NCBI GenBank assembly: GCA_951406725.2
Contig: OX597829.1
Span: forward strand, 31,682,001 to 31,746,000
Direction: 5' to 3'
DNA from: Octopus vulgaris
Lineage: Eukaryota
Length of the DNA: 64,000 nt
Position numbers and translations under genes: made by a program. Under the pieces are notes generated by a model. The model worked only from the letters and a program-made list of their open reading frames with translations, was not told where the DNA came from and did no database searches. Shown in pieces: positions 1-12,227 of the stretch (its first letter is position 1; each line of letters begins with the position of its first letter).

Positions 1-803
1 AAAGGGCCAATTTTTATCCCAAGTCATCAAGGACAAGAAGAAAGACCGTACTATGAAGCTTCTGAATAAACTCAAGCATCTCCTCCAACTGAATGTGCTT
101 TGATTTTTTTCAGACAAGAAAAATTTCCGCCAGGATCAGATGGTGAACACACAGAACAACCATTGTCTTGTGGTATCCCAAAACATGTACCATGTATGAT
201 AAAAATCAAATATCCTGTCAACATCATGGTGTTTGGAGTGATCAATAGTGACGGCCACGTTAAGCCCCCATTCATCTTCCCACATGGCCTCAAACTCAAC
301 ACGGAGCCTACATAAAGTGCCTGGAGGAGGTAGTGCTGCCCTGGGTGAAGAGGGTGGCTACTGGAAGACCCTATGTCTAGCAACAGGACTCTGCACCATG
401 CCACACAAGCAAGAGAACCCAGTCATGGCTGTCAGACAATTTCTGCAACTACATCAACCCTAAGATCTGGTCACCTAACTCCCCAGACTGGAACTCCCTT
501 GTGTGGGGCACAGTTGAGTAAGAGACTAACAAAACTCCTTGTAACACCAAAGATAAAGTGAAGGCAAGGATTATGGCAGCATGCACTAACTTAAACAAGG
601 AGACCATTCAGAAAAGTTGCAGAAAATTCCAAAGTGGTCTTGGGGCCGTGGTTGAAGCCAATGGCGATTTTATTGAATAAATTTACTCTTTAGTATTTCA
701 AGATATTTTTAGGCAATTTTGGTAAATATATCTATTAAAATAAGATGTCAGTTTTATTTTCATTTTTGCATAATTTAGACAACAATTTATTCATTGCACC
801 ATC
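1..803 (+). mobile_element. Degenerate maT (DD37D-type) Tc1/mariner transposon, 3' part
   Basis: Frameshifted pieces VNIMVFGVINSDGHVKPPFIFPHGL, QQDSAPCHT...WSPNSPD; spacing consistent with DD37D; terminus ...aatttattcattgcacc, whose reverse complement recurs at 4618-4690. Confidence 0.8.
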
Positions 804-2389
804 TGTGTGTATGTGTGTGTTTATACACGTCCATTTCATATGCACGTAAATACATCTTTCACTTTCTCCTCCCTTTCAATTTCTGCTCTCTTCAAAAAAT
901 AAGAAATAAAAAAAAATTTTTACAGAAATTACTGAACAATCATATGATCCCATATGATTGACCATATGATCAACTTACTTTGTTGCTCCAAATGAAAGAA
1001 TGCCATAAAATAAATTCCTTTGGCACACTGGTGCATGCACACACACACACACACGTGCACGCACACACTCTAGGTAAAACTTCTTTACAAATTATATTAT
1101 TTCTTGCTGTATGTATATGCAAAATTACAACTCAAATTCAATTGAAATCAATTTTTTCTATTCTGTAATTCAAGTTTGTGATGAGCATATTTAATCATCA
1201 ATATAAACTTAGAAGGAAGTTTTCCCAGAAATCCTGTCCTTTATCTCAATTATTTTTCCTAAATGTCTTCCGATTCCTATGTTTTTAATACAGGAGATCA
1301 GGATTTTGAACAAAAAACACATTCTCAATATTTCAATTTTCTCCCCACGAACCCCAATTTCTTCATTTTTCTTTTACTTTTTCCAAATATTTTTCTTGGT
1401 AATTCACGGAGAGAAAAAAAAAACAGAGTACAAATCTTTAAGTATTTTCTTCCTTCCTTTTCTTAAAGAAACATTAAAATCTCCATCCCAAACATCCACT
1501 AATCACCTCACCACTTTCAAAATACTAAAAACTCCCATTGTTTCACTTTTAGCTTTTTGGAAAGAGGGGAAGTTTTTTCAGAAATAATGTTGTTAACCTA
1601 TTGTTTCTAGCATGTCAGGTATTCTGGTGGTAGTCTGGTATTTTGTACATCTGCTATTTCAGTACAATTCTACACATGTGTGAAATATCAGACAAAAGTG
1701 AAACATTGGGAGGTTTTAGCTTTTTGAAAGCGGGTAGGTAATGGGTGGGCAAGGTGTTGGAAGGGGCATCTTCTTTAAGAAAAATTAAATTTTAAAATAA
1801 AAATATATTTCCCAGATTTATAATTTCTGTATTTTTCTACATGGATAGGAGAAAAAAAATTGCAAACCCATGATGAATTTAAATGGTGAAGGCGGTGGCA
1901 GTAGTAAATGAGTGCTATCATCATACAAATTATGTTCATTCCCAATTACCTTTGTAAACATGTCTGGGAATGGGGAAATATTAGCTTACTTGGAAACAGG
2001 TGAGAGTTGATGACAGGATGGGCATCCAGCTATAGAAAATCTGCCTCAGCATATTCTGTCTGACCCATGCAAGTGTAGAAAAGTGGACAATAAATGATTA
2101 TGTATATATTTACATTTATTTAACATTGAAGTTCAAACTGTGTATGAGTAAGAAGAGATTTTTCAAAAAATTCTTTTAAATGATGTAACTTTAAAGATGA
2201 AAATTTTAAAACTTCTTTGTGTCATTATTTGACATTATTACCAAATGTCATAAAAATCAACCTTAATTCAAAACCATCTAAAAGATATGATTTCTTTTCA
2301 ATGGGATGGGCTGTGTGTATTAAAGATCAAGGGCAATAAAATTATATGGCTCCAATGCTTGGCTAGAAATCAGAAATTTCTCAAAATGG

Positions 2390-3060
2390 TATCACATATA
2401 CAAGGCATTGCATCCATAAGTTGAGTGGTCACATTATCTGGATTTTCTTCTATTTTCATTTTTTCCAAATTGAGTCATACACCTTACTCAGTTTCTTGGA
2501 TTTCCTTTGTTGAGTATTTATGGTGACTCTTAGGTTGTTTTTATTGGATTTTAATTTGGTGACTGCCCTGGCCACTGCAATACTTGGATGTTATTGGTTT
2601 TAATAAATTCTTTGATTATTCATGCAGTATACTTTGGGTCATTGTCCTGCTGAAAAACCCATGATGAATTCAAATGGCTCTTGGCATATGAAAACATAAC
2701 TGTCTCCAAGATCTTTCAGTTGGCTATGTATATTCTTCATGTTCTTCATCTGACCAGCCCTTTGTCCTGGCATGTGACCCCAACCATAACATTGTTGTCA
2801 CTATGCTTAACTGTCACATTTGTGCACACTGGGTGAAATTATTTTCTTGTTCACTGTTACATGTGCAATTTAGCCATCAGAGCTGAACAAATTTAATTCC
2901 AACTCATCCAATCACAAAATTGATAATGTCTAATTCTTATGTTCCTGGGTAAACTAAATGTGAGCACATTGGATTTTCAGAGAAATATACATTGTTTTTA
3001 CATTTAAAAGACATGCCAAAAACCGACACTGCTTTAGTCAATTTTTCATGGGAGTGATAC
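2390..3060 (-). mobile_element. Decayed Tc1-like transposase remnant
   Basis: Minus strand reads FQQDNDPK (~2660-2635) and DELELNLFSSDG (~2910-2875), resembling Tc1 DESKFNLFGSDG; many stops. Confidence 0.65.
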
Positions 3061-3810
3061 CAATTTACATATAGTAATTCTGTCTAATGTTGTACAAAAT
3101 GTCAACAGTTGTTCTCTTCCCTGTTCCTTATCAACAAAGGGTGAAAGTATCAGTCCATTCTTTCAGTAGATTTGTACCTGCACATTACCCACACACACAC
3201 ACACACACACAGAGCACACACACACATGTATGGGATACAGGCTTCCTTCAGTTTCCATCTACCAAATCTACTCACCAGGCGTTGAACAGCCCAGTGCTAT
3301 AGTAAAAGACTCTCATTCAAGGTGCCATGAAGTGGGACTGAACCCCAGGACCACATGATTGCAAAGCAAGCTTCTTAACCATACAGCCATACTTGTGTCT
3401 CCATTCAGAGTAATATAACTATATAACCCTAAAAAATGACAGAATGGTTAACAGTGACATAATTATAGATCAAATCCACAGGATGAGGATTGACCCTGGG
3501 CTAAACAATAACAGCCTTGTAATATGATAATCACATTTTTCCTGCAGGTTTACTTCTTCTTACATAAACAACATACCTGAAAATCTCAGTGAATGTTTCA
3601 GCTAAGTTGTTTTTTATTGTTAAAACATGAATGACCTACTGAGTGAGTATCTTCCATATGTGACAGGAATTAATAAGATCTCAATCACTAACCCTTTTCT
3701 CCCTCCCTCTCTCTCTTCTTCTTCTTCTTCTTTTTCTTCTCAAAAATATTTTCTTTTTCTTTTTAGTCTTTTAACACAACATGCTTATGGTGTGTGTGTG
3801 TGTGTGTGTG

Positions 3811-4270
3811 TATTGGGTTGGCAACTAAGTTCCCGCTGTTTTTTTTAAGTTTTGGAATTTATTGTGTTTTTAAATTTTGGAATCTATGTTTTTGAGAATT
3901 CTATTTTTGAATCATTTTGGAATCTATTTTGACTTTTTCTAGTTAATTTTAGTTAATTTTTGTTTGTTTTCAGATCATTAAAATGGAATGTCAAGTTAAG
4001 GAAACAGGCATTTTCAACACCTACTTTTTGCTTTTAATCAAGGTTCTAAGGCTGCAAAAGCTGCTCACAACATTTGTGCTGTGTATGGAGAGGGTGCTGT
4101 AGCTGAAAGAACCACTCGTAATTGGTATGCCAAGTTCAAAAATGGAAATTTTTACCTCAAAGACGCATCTCCTTCTGAGTTTGATGAAGTGTGATTAAAC
4201 CAACTTTTGCACGAAAATTCTCGTCAAACAACAAGGGAACTGGCAGATGGAATGCTCTGCCAGTTCTCTT
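3811..4270 (+). mobile_element. Mariner 5' fragment
   Basis: TIR-like tattgggttggcaactaag; ATG ~3983 MECQVK..., then AFNQGSKAAKAA...CAVYGEGA...WYAKFKNG HTH region with frameshifts. Confidence 0.75.
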
Positions 4271-4304
4271 GATGACCCCAAACACTTGCTGGCTTCTGGT
4301 ATGT

Positions 4305-4520
4305 TGAATCGTTAGCACGCCGGGTAAAATGCTTAGCAGTATTTCGTCTGCCATTATGTTCTGTGTTCAAATTCCGCTGAGGTCGACTTTGCCTTTCATC
4401 CTTTCGGGGTCGATAAATTAAGTACCAGTTACGCACTGGGGTCGATGTAATCGACTTAATACCTATGTCTGTCCTTGTTTGTCCCCTCTATGTTTAGCCC
4501 CTTGTGGGTAATAAAAAAAT
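4305..4520 (+). mobile_element. SINE family B, central motif gcctttcatcctttcggggtcgataaa
   Basis: Dispersed copies also at 5675-5912(-), 33640-33872(-), 36272-36506(-), 41488-41630(+), 57444-57657(+); tRNA-like head with gttcaaattcc B-box-like motif. Confidence 0.75.
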
Positions 4521-4583
4521 AGGTATGTATAGCTTTCGACTGCTAGCACTTGCATGTGCAAGTTGTTTGCAATACATACATAT

Positions 4584-4618
<35 letters not shown>

Positions 4619-4690
4619 GGTGCAATGAATAAATTGTCGTCTAAATAATGCTAAAATGAAAATAACACTGACATCTCATTTCAACAGATA

Positions 4691-5498
4691 TATTGGGCTA
4701 CATAAAGTTCATGCCGATCTATAGTAGCTTACCTTTTGACTTATTTTAGAACATGGTCCAGTCCATAAAATAGGATTTGACTACACCTCCATTTAGAGCA
4801 CAGTTTAAGCTATCTTTTCGTGGAAGAAGATTTATGTTCCTTTAACCTGTGTTAATTCTGTAACCCTTTAAAATGGAAGATAAGAAAGTTCATTTTCGGT
4901 ACTTGATGCTTTTCTTTTTCGGTAAAGGGAAAAATGCCTCACAAGCAACCAAAGAAATATGCACAGTTTACGGTGATGTTTCTTTATCCGAAAGAACTGT
5001 ATGGAAGTGGTTCGGAAGGTTCTGAACTGGAGATTGTAGGCTTGTTGATAAAGAGCAATCAGGCAGACCATCCACTACAGATGATGACCAAATCAAGTCA
5101 TTAATTGAGAATAACCCACATTGCACAACCCGAGAATTGGCAGAAAGCCTCAATCTATCAAAATCCATTGTTCATGAGCACCTGGTAAAGCTTGGGTACA
5201 CAAATCACAACGATGTTTGGATACCACATGAGTTGAGTGAGAAGAACCTTTTGGATCGCATTTCCATCTGTGATTTGTTTTATAAACAGAATGAAAACAC
5301 GCCTTTTTTAAAGCAAATTGTGACAGGTAGTGAGAAATGGATTATCTACTGAAATGTTCAGAGAAAGCAATCCTGGAGTAAGCAACATGAGCCACCCCAA
5401 AAGTTGGTCTTCACCCTATAAAAGTCTTGCTTTGTGTCTGGAATTCTATACTATGAGCTTTTCCCAAGTAACCAGACAATTAATTCTGAGAAATACTG
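4691..5498 (+). mobile_element. Mariner relic (MEDKKVHFR family), 3' truncated
   Basis: TIR tattgggctac...; MEDKKVHFR; WIPHELSEKN; IVTGSEKWIIY; same family as 48681-49250. Confidence 0.8.
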
Positions 5499-6059
5499 CA
5501 TGTATGTATGTGTGTGTGTGTGTGTGTGTGCACGCATGTGTGTGTGTATGTGTATGTGTGTGTGTATGTATGTGTGTATGTATATGTGTATGTGTGTATG
5601 TGTGTGTGTATGTATGTGTGCAAGAGTGTGTACATATCTTTAGATCTTACAATATATATTCAATGCTATATCATATTTATTTCTTTACTGACCACAAGGG
5701 GTTACACACAGAGGGGACAAACAAGGACAGACAAACAGATTAAGTCGATTACATCGACCCCCAGTGCATAACTGGTACTTATTTAATCGACCCCGAAAGG
5801 ATGAAAGGCAAAGTTGACCTTGGCGGAATTTGAACTCAGAAAGGTAACGGCAGACAAAATCCTGCTAAGCATCTCGCCCGGCGTGCTAACGTTTCTGCCA
5901 GCTCGCCACCTTAATGCTATATCATATTGATACATGAATGTTAATGTCATGATAGAGTTCAATACCTCGTCATATAGAATATTAGAATATGTTACACTTA
6001 ACTTCTAAATATACTCGAAGCAACATAATACATACATACATACATATACATATGTATAT

Positions 6060-6110
<51 letters not shown>

Positions 6111-6117
<7 letters not shown>

Positions 6118-6353
6118 ATATTTCGCAATGGTCATTTTGCCAGTTTAGCCAATAAAAACACACGCACTATATATTTGGTGTTACTTTGCTTCAGTGCTAT
6201 TTATTTTTTACATTAATCTTAATCTTATTAATAAAAATAAGATTAAGATTAATGTAAAAAATAAATAACACTGAAGCAAAATAACACCAAATATATAGTG
6301 CGTGTGTTTTTATTGGCTAAACTGGCAAAATGACCATTCCGAAATATAACAAT
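6111..6353. repeat. Fold-back palindrome, ~118-bp near-perfect arms
   Basis: attgttatatttcgcaatggtcatt...cttatt vs aataag...aatgaccattccgaaatataacaat; both strands translate almost identically ([19 protein letters not shown]...). Confidence 0.9.
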
Positions 6354-6409
6354 ATCTGTTTCAACACACAACTTCACATAAAAAAAAAATCTTGCACAAC
6401 AAATATTTA

Positions 6410-6463
<54 letters not shown>

Positions 6464-6901
6464 CATATATGTGTATGTGTGTGTATGTGTACACACACAC
6501 ACACACACATATATATATGTATATATATATATATATATATATACATACATGCACACACATATCATACACACACAGATACACACACACACATATAATAGAT
6601 TAGGATTCAAATGAGCCAGGCACTTAAATGGTAAGGCACTGGGTCAGGTCGAAAAATAAAATGCATACACAACAAAACTAGAGGAATACATATGCAGGTA
6701 CCGAAGTACAGGCAGAAAGATATTCAGGTTATGATGCTTAACTGTACTCAACTGAGTATGTCAATATGCCTGAGGCTAATCAAGAAACACACATTGTAAT
6801 AAAAGTACTGATCATAATATACTTCAGATCTATGCAAACAACAGGTTCTGAGAGAGGTGAATAACAAACAAATAAATAACAACTGATGGATAATGTTGTC
6901 A

Positions 6902-6989
6902 ATTCACTACAGCTGTTTCCAGCAAATTTTTAATTGCTTAATGGAGACATTACATCGTTAGAAAAAAAAACTGCTTTCATCAGGTAAAT
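6902..6989 (-). ncRNA. Hammerhead-ribozyme-like motif (type I, Penelope pLTR-like)
   Basis: Minus strand AUUUAC-CUGAUGA-[AAGCAG...UUGCUG]-GAAAC-AGCU-GUA-GUGAAU; 6-bp stem I, palindromic stem III; inverted copy at 8486-8569. Confidence 0.6.
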
Positions 6990-7477
6990 TCATGAACCAC
7001 ATCATTCATAAACATTCAAAACACAACAGGAATGAATTTGTTAGTTCAGTTTGGTAGTATCATAGGAGAAAATAATGCAATGTCATGTGTGGGTAGGGGC
7101 TAATGAAGATTTATAGCAATGAAGGAGATTAGAAGATGGCAGGTGGGGAGAATCAGATAGCAAAGCATCACACCCCTATAACTGAGAGTTAGTTCCTTCT
7201 ATCTTTTAATTCTATTCAACAAGCAGTTTTAGGGCTAAGTACAAAGTGTAAGGTCACCCAGTTATTTATTTACTTATTTGACAGCCTTCTTTAAAGCCAA
7301 AAGAACCACTGAAAGCAAGACAATAAATCTGAGATTCTATGGGGGAAAGCATGTAATAAGAAGGGTGGCTATCATATCAATAATTAGATAAGTAAAAAAG
7401 TAAACAATAAAAAGCATACAGTAAAAAAGTATATGAAAGCAAATGGATAATAGTAAAAGAAGGATTATACTAAAAAC

Positions 7478-8222
7478 TAGTTAAGCACTCGGAGAGCGCA
7501 GACCTCCGCCAAGCAGCTCATTTCCACCCATATAGAAGCATGCTGAAAATCATCCAATTTCCCAAACCAATGCCGGTAAAAACATAACCTCCTTGGCGGG
7601 GGGGGAGGGGGGATTAAAAAAAAAAACACACAGCCATATGATTTTAAGACAAAAATTTTTTAAAAACATGAATCATCTGAAGCAGTTCACAACCACCAAC
7701 GTCATCATCAGCATTGTCATTGCTTCCACTTCAACCACATACACCGCCATCAATGTTATGAAGGTTACCTTGACAATCACTTTCACCACCACAACCTGTA
7801 TAACCACTGCAATACCACCATCACCTCAGCATCACACATCACACTGCTCCTATCGTAATTATAACCACCAATACTATTTTATCCTCCTCCCATACTTATC
7901 TCAACCATCATCATCATCAACACTGTCTCTAAACAGCAACGCCACCATAGGTTATGTGGAAACAATGTGTTTTCAAGGGAGATAATCAAAGATTGTAACA
8001 TTGTAATACTTCATGTAAAGTAAATATAACAAATGAAAAATCCTTCAAGAATCCATAAAAATTCCCGGATCACTACCAAAATTTCATCTGTTCCTTATGT
8101 CATTACCAACTTTTCCTGCAAGTTTCATCAAATACTGTTCACAACTTTTTGAATTATTTTGCACACAGATGGACAGATGGACAAACCAATGCCAATGTAA
8201 ACATAACCTCCTTCCTTGGTAA
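7478..8222 (+). mobile_element. Helentron/DINE-like non-autonomous fragments (7478-7605 and ~8040-8222)
   Basis: gcactcggagagcgcagacctccgccaag head, aaaacataacctccttggcgg end, acagatggacag repeat; layout typical of HINE/DINE elements. Confidence 0.5.
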
Positions 8223-8485
8223 AAATTTGGATAATATAATATGGAATTGGTAGATAGTGAATATGCAAATTATATCGTAGAAATTTTTAAATGATTAAGA
8301 AGTAGTTAGAAATAGTATAATGGAAAAAAATAAAAGTAAAATAAAATAAGGTAATGTAATGGGATAAAGTACAATAGCAAGTAAAAGGTATTATTGTTAC
8401 CATTTTCCAATTTACCAAGGGTCATATAATCATGAAGATGCACATCCATTGGTTTTTGAATGTTTTTGAATGTTGTGGTTCAAGT

Positions 8486-8569
8486 ATTCACCTGATGAAA
8501 ACAGTTTTTCTAATGATCTAGTGTTTCCATTAATCAATTAAAAATTTGTTGGAAACAGTTGTAGTGGAT
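8486..8569 (+). ncRNA. Hammerhead-like motif, inverted paralogue of 6902-6989
   Basis: AUUCAC-CUGAUGA-...-GAAAC-AGUU-GUA-GUGGAU; stem I substitutions preserve pairing. Confidence 0.5.
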
Positions 8570-8626
8570 TGACACATTATTCATCAGTTGTTATATATAT
8601 ATGTATATATTATATATATATAAGAA

Positions 8627-8838
8627 TTTTTTGCATAATGAGATAAAAAACCAAGGCTGTGTAAATATTAGAACATTTATAGATAAAGGTCTTACAACTG
8701 TTTTCAGGATATTTATTAATTATATCCCTTCATCGGAGGATATAATTAATAAATATCCTGAAATAGCTGTAAGACCTTCTATCTATAAATGTTCTAATAT
8801 CTACACAGCCTTGGTTTTTTATCTCATTATGCAAAAAT

Positions 8839-8843
<5 letters not shown>
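8627..8843. repeat. Fold-back hairpin with HHR-like core at the apex; same family as 29475-29755
   Basis: ~100-bp inverted arms; minus strand 8738-8689 reads CCGAUGA-AGGGAUAU...AUAUCCUG-AAAAC-AGUU-GUA-AGAC. Confidence 0.8.
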
Positions 8844-8892
<49 letters not shown>

Positions 8893-8992
8893 TACTATAT
8901 CATAACAGCAAGTACGGGAAAAATTACCACTCCTGCCATGACCACTATACTGTTCAACACAAAGATAGAAAATGAACAACAGAGGCACTTAC

Positions 8993-9078
8993 TATTTGGG
9001 AGTCCGTAGATCTAGAAATTTAGGTTTCACATCCAGTGAGATATCTTTCATCATGGTATTTGGCAGTTGAATTTTTAC
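8993..9078 (-). CDS. DNAAF6: DNAAF6 coding exon 5 (VKIQLPNTMMKDISLDVKPKFLDLRTPK); final exon not found in window
   Basis: Acceptor ttacctttacAG; 86 nt, phase 0 to 2; donor GTAAGT; KIxLP...DIxLD...LDLRTP matches the start of the PIH1D3 CS domain. Confidence 0.93.
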
Positions 9079-9789
9079 CTGTAAAGGTAATTATAATCAA
9101 ACAATAAATTGATGCTTGTGAGTTTTGGCTTAAAAGGCAACAGCAGAGTTATGTGTCTGTTGATTAATCAGTATTTGATATGATGGAAGCAAAATAATGC
9201 ATTGTCATTATATTCCTAATGGAAAGTACCCTTTGTAGCTCAGATTGTACTTATAATTAATACATTTTTAAAATGCAAATATATATATATATGATGATGA
9301 TATACATAGAATACAGTTTTGAGTAAGTTTAAAAATAAAATGCATGCTTCTCAACCAACCCACATGGTTTGGGATTCAGTATCAAAACCTTGTGAATGTA
9401 TGTGGCAGACAGAAAATTGAGAGTAGCTCATCCTAAATGAGTGTCTGTCTGTTTGTGTGTATGGGGGGGGGGGGGAACGTGTGCATTTTTCCACCTTTTC
9501 TTGACATCATACAATACTTGTAAACAACCATCACTGTCATATAACTGCTGTTGTTTGTTTCCAATCTTCCATGAAAACACGTCCCTGTAACTTAGCAGTT
9601 CAGCAAAAGAGACCAATAGAACGAGTATCAGACTTAAAAAGAAAATAAGTACTGAGATCAAATATGATATTTCAACTAAAAATTCTTCAAAGTGGTACCC
9701 CAGCATGGCCACAGTTTAATGAGTGAAACAGGTAAAAGATAGTAGAAAGATGTGAGATATTTTTTGAAAGAAAAAAAAGCTCGACTTAC

Positions 9790-9886
9790 GACCATTCTTT
9801 CACAACTGCTGCTGCTTGGCGTTTTATTGCCCATTTGCAGGAAGATGTCTTCTGTTCTTACATTTTGGTTGTAAACTATTGAATAT
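9790..9886 (-). CDS. DNAAF6: DNAAF6 coding exon 4 (YSIVYNQNVRTEDIFLQMGNKTPSSSSCERMV)
   Basis: Acceptor tatttgtttcAG; 97 nt, phase 2 to 0; donor GTAAGT; Q.V.TEDIFL motif of PIH1D3. Confidence 0.93.
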
Positions 9887-10329
9887 CTGAAACAAATAGT
9901 TTAATTATTCATAGACTGACAATAATGATATTTTATAAACATGTTGACAAAGAGCCATGAGGTATAAGTTTGTGTGATATAGGACAAGGGAATTCTGACA
10001 TTTTCAGCAGAGCATCTCTTTGAAAAAGTTCAAATATTTGCTTAGTATTACATTCAACAAATGAGTTTCATTGATTCAGTATGTTTATACATTTTCCAAA
10101 TACAGGCCTGGCTGTGTGATCCAAAAGTTCACTTCCCAATCACACAGTTTCAAACTCAGTTCTTCTGCTGCATGGCACTTTTGAGTAAATGTCTTCTACT
10201 ATAGCCCTTGGCTGAGAGAGGATGATACGGATTTAGTAGACAGAAACGAAGAAAAGCCCATTGGGTATGTATACCGACATATATACCATAATCATCATCA
10301 TCACTTTATTATGCTTGCATGGGCAGAGG

Positions 10330-10370
<41 letters not shown>

Positions 10371-10373
<3 letters not shown>

Positions 10374-12169
10374 CATATTCTGTATAATTCACTAGTTATC
10401 GTTATAGATATTTAAGATCTATCTCCCTTACAGGGCTGATTAGAAATTGGCTGCCGATTCTTCGCGAGGTTTCTCTTCCCTTCTCTCACCCTCTTTTTAC
10501 ATTGTCTGTCTGGACTCCTCTCTTCCTACTCCTCGCCATGGCTATGCATACTTAAGCTAGTAACCTGCCTCATTCTTGATTCCGAATTCCTTTTGCCAAG
10601 TCTGTCCGTAAACGAAGTGATCCCAAGATAAGAAATCTTTGAACTTTAATTCATCCGTATCTCTATTTATTATTATTATTTATTAATTATTATTATTCTG
10701 ATCCCCCTAGTCGCCACTCTGTTTACTATTTCAGCCTCGCCTCGTTTTTGCATATTCTGTATAATTCACTAGTTATCGTTATAGATATTTAAGATCTATC
10801 TCCCTTACAGGGCTGATTAGAAATTGGCTGCCGATTCTTCGTGGGGTTTCTCTTCCCTTCTCTCCCCCTCTTTTTACATTGTCTGTCTGGACTCCTCTCT
10901 TCCTACTCCTCGCCATGGCTATGCATACTTAAGCTAGTAACCTGCCTCATTCTTGATTCCGAATTCCTTTTGCCAAGTCTGTCCGTAAACGAAGTGATCC
11001 CAAGATAAGAAATCTTTGAACTTTAATTCATCCGTATCTCTATTTATTATTATTATTTATTAATTATTATTATTCTGATCCCCCTAGTCGCCACTCTGTT
11101 TACTATTTCAGCCTCGCCTCGTTTTTGCATATTCTGTATAATTCACTAGTTATCGTTATAGATATTTAAGATCTATCTCCCTTACAGGGCTGATTAGAAA
11201 TTGGCTGCCGATTCTTCTCGGCACGCCCGCCCTACCCACCCCCACCACCAATACCGGATATCTCTATTTTGCTCCAACTATACCGGATGTCGTTTCTCCC
11301 ACCACCATTATAGGTGTCTACTCTTTGAACCCCCTCTTCAATACGCTATTTCACCATGCATTACCCCTCTCTCGATATCCTACGTTCTACTTGCCTAGAA
11401 CCTGTCCTCTGAACCACCCCTCCCACTGGTGCTCCCCTATATTTCTGCACCCCCCACCACCATTATAGGTGTCTACTCTTTGAACCCCCCTCTTCAATAC
11501 GCTATTTCACCATGCATTACCCCTCTCTCGATATCCTACGTTCTACTTGCCTAGAACCTGTCCTCTGAACCACCCCTCCCACTGGTGCTCCCCTATATTT
11601 CTGCCCCCCCCACCACCATTATAGGTGTCTACTCTTTGAACCCCCCTCTTCAATACGCTATTTCACCATGCATTACCCCTCTCTCGATATCCTACGTTCT
11701 ACTTGCCTAGAACCTGTCCTCTGAACCACCCCTCCCACTGGTGCTCCCCTATATTTCTGCACCCCCCACCACCATTATAGGTGTCTACTCTTTGAACCCC
11801 CCTCTTCAATACGCTATTTCACCATGCATTACCCCTCTCTCGATATCCTACGTTCTACTTGCCTAGAACCTGTCCTCTGAACCACCCCTCCCACTGGTGC
11901 TCCCCTATATTTCTGCACCCCCCCCCCATAAAAAGCACCATCCGAACGTGGCCGATGCCAGACCCCTCTGGCACCTGTGCAGGTGGCACGTAAAAAACAC
12001 CCACTACACTCGCGGAGTGGTTGGCGTTAGGAAGGGCATCCAGCTGTAGAAACACTGCCAGACTAGACTGGAGCCTGGGGCAGTCCCGAGCTCCCCAGAC
12101 CCCGGTCGAAACCGTCCAACCCGTGCTAGCGCGGAAAACGGACGTTAAACGATGATGATGATGATGATG

Positions 12170-12170
<1 letters not shown>
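10371..12170 (+). mobile_element. Composite retroposon: (377-bp module)x2.25 + linker + (156-bp module)x4 + RTE-type SINE end with (GAT)n tail
   Basis: 377-bp units start at 10371, 10748, 11125; ~156-bp units at ~11301, 11456, 11612, 11768; tail cggacgttaaac(gat)n; flanked by (TA)n; inverted relative at 22940-24104. Confidence 0.75.

Positions 12171-12227
<57 letters not shown>

Noticed and set aside
1-8990. Search for the last DNAAF6 coding exon
   Set aside because: No phase-2 acceptor followed by a KLxLxLP-like sequence found by eye; candidates near 930 and 3480-3580 do not translate sensibly.
11299-11925. Regular repeat arrays superficially like CRISPR (also the 60-bp units in family C SINEs)
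   Set aside because: Head-to-tail tandem units without unique spacers, no cas genes, eukaryotic context.
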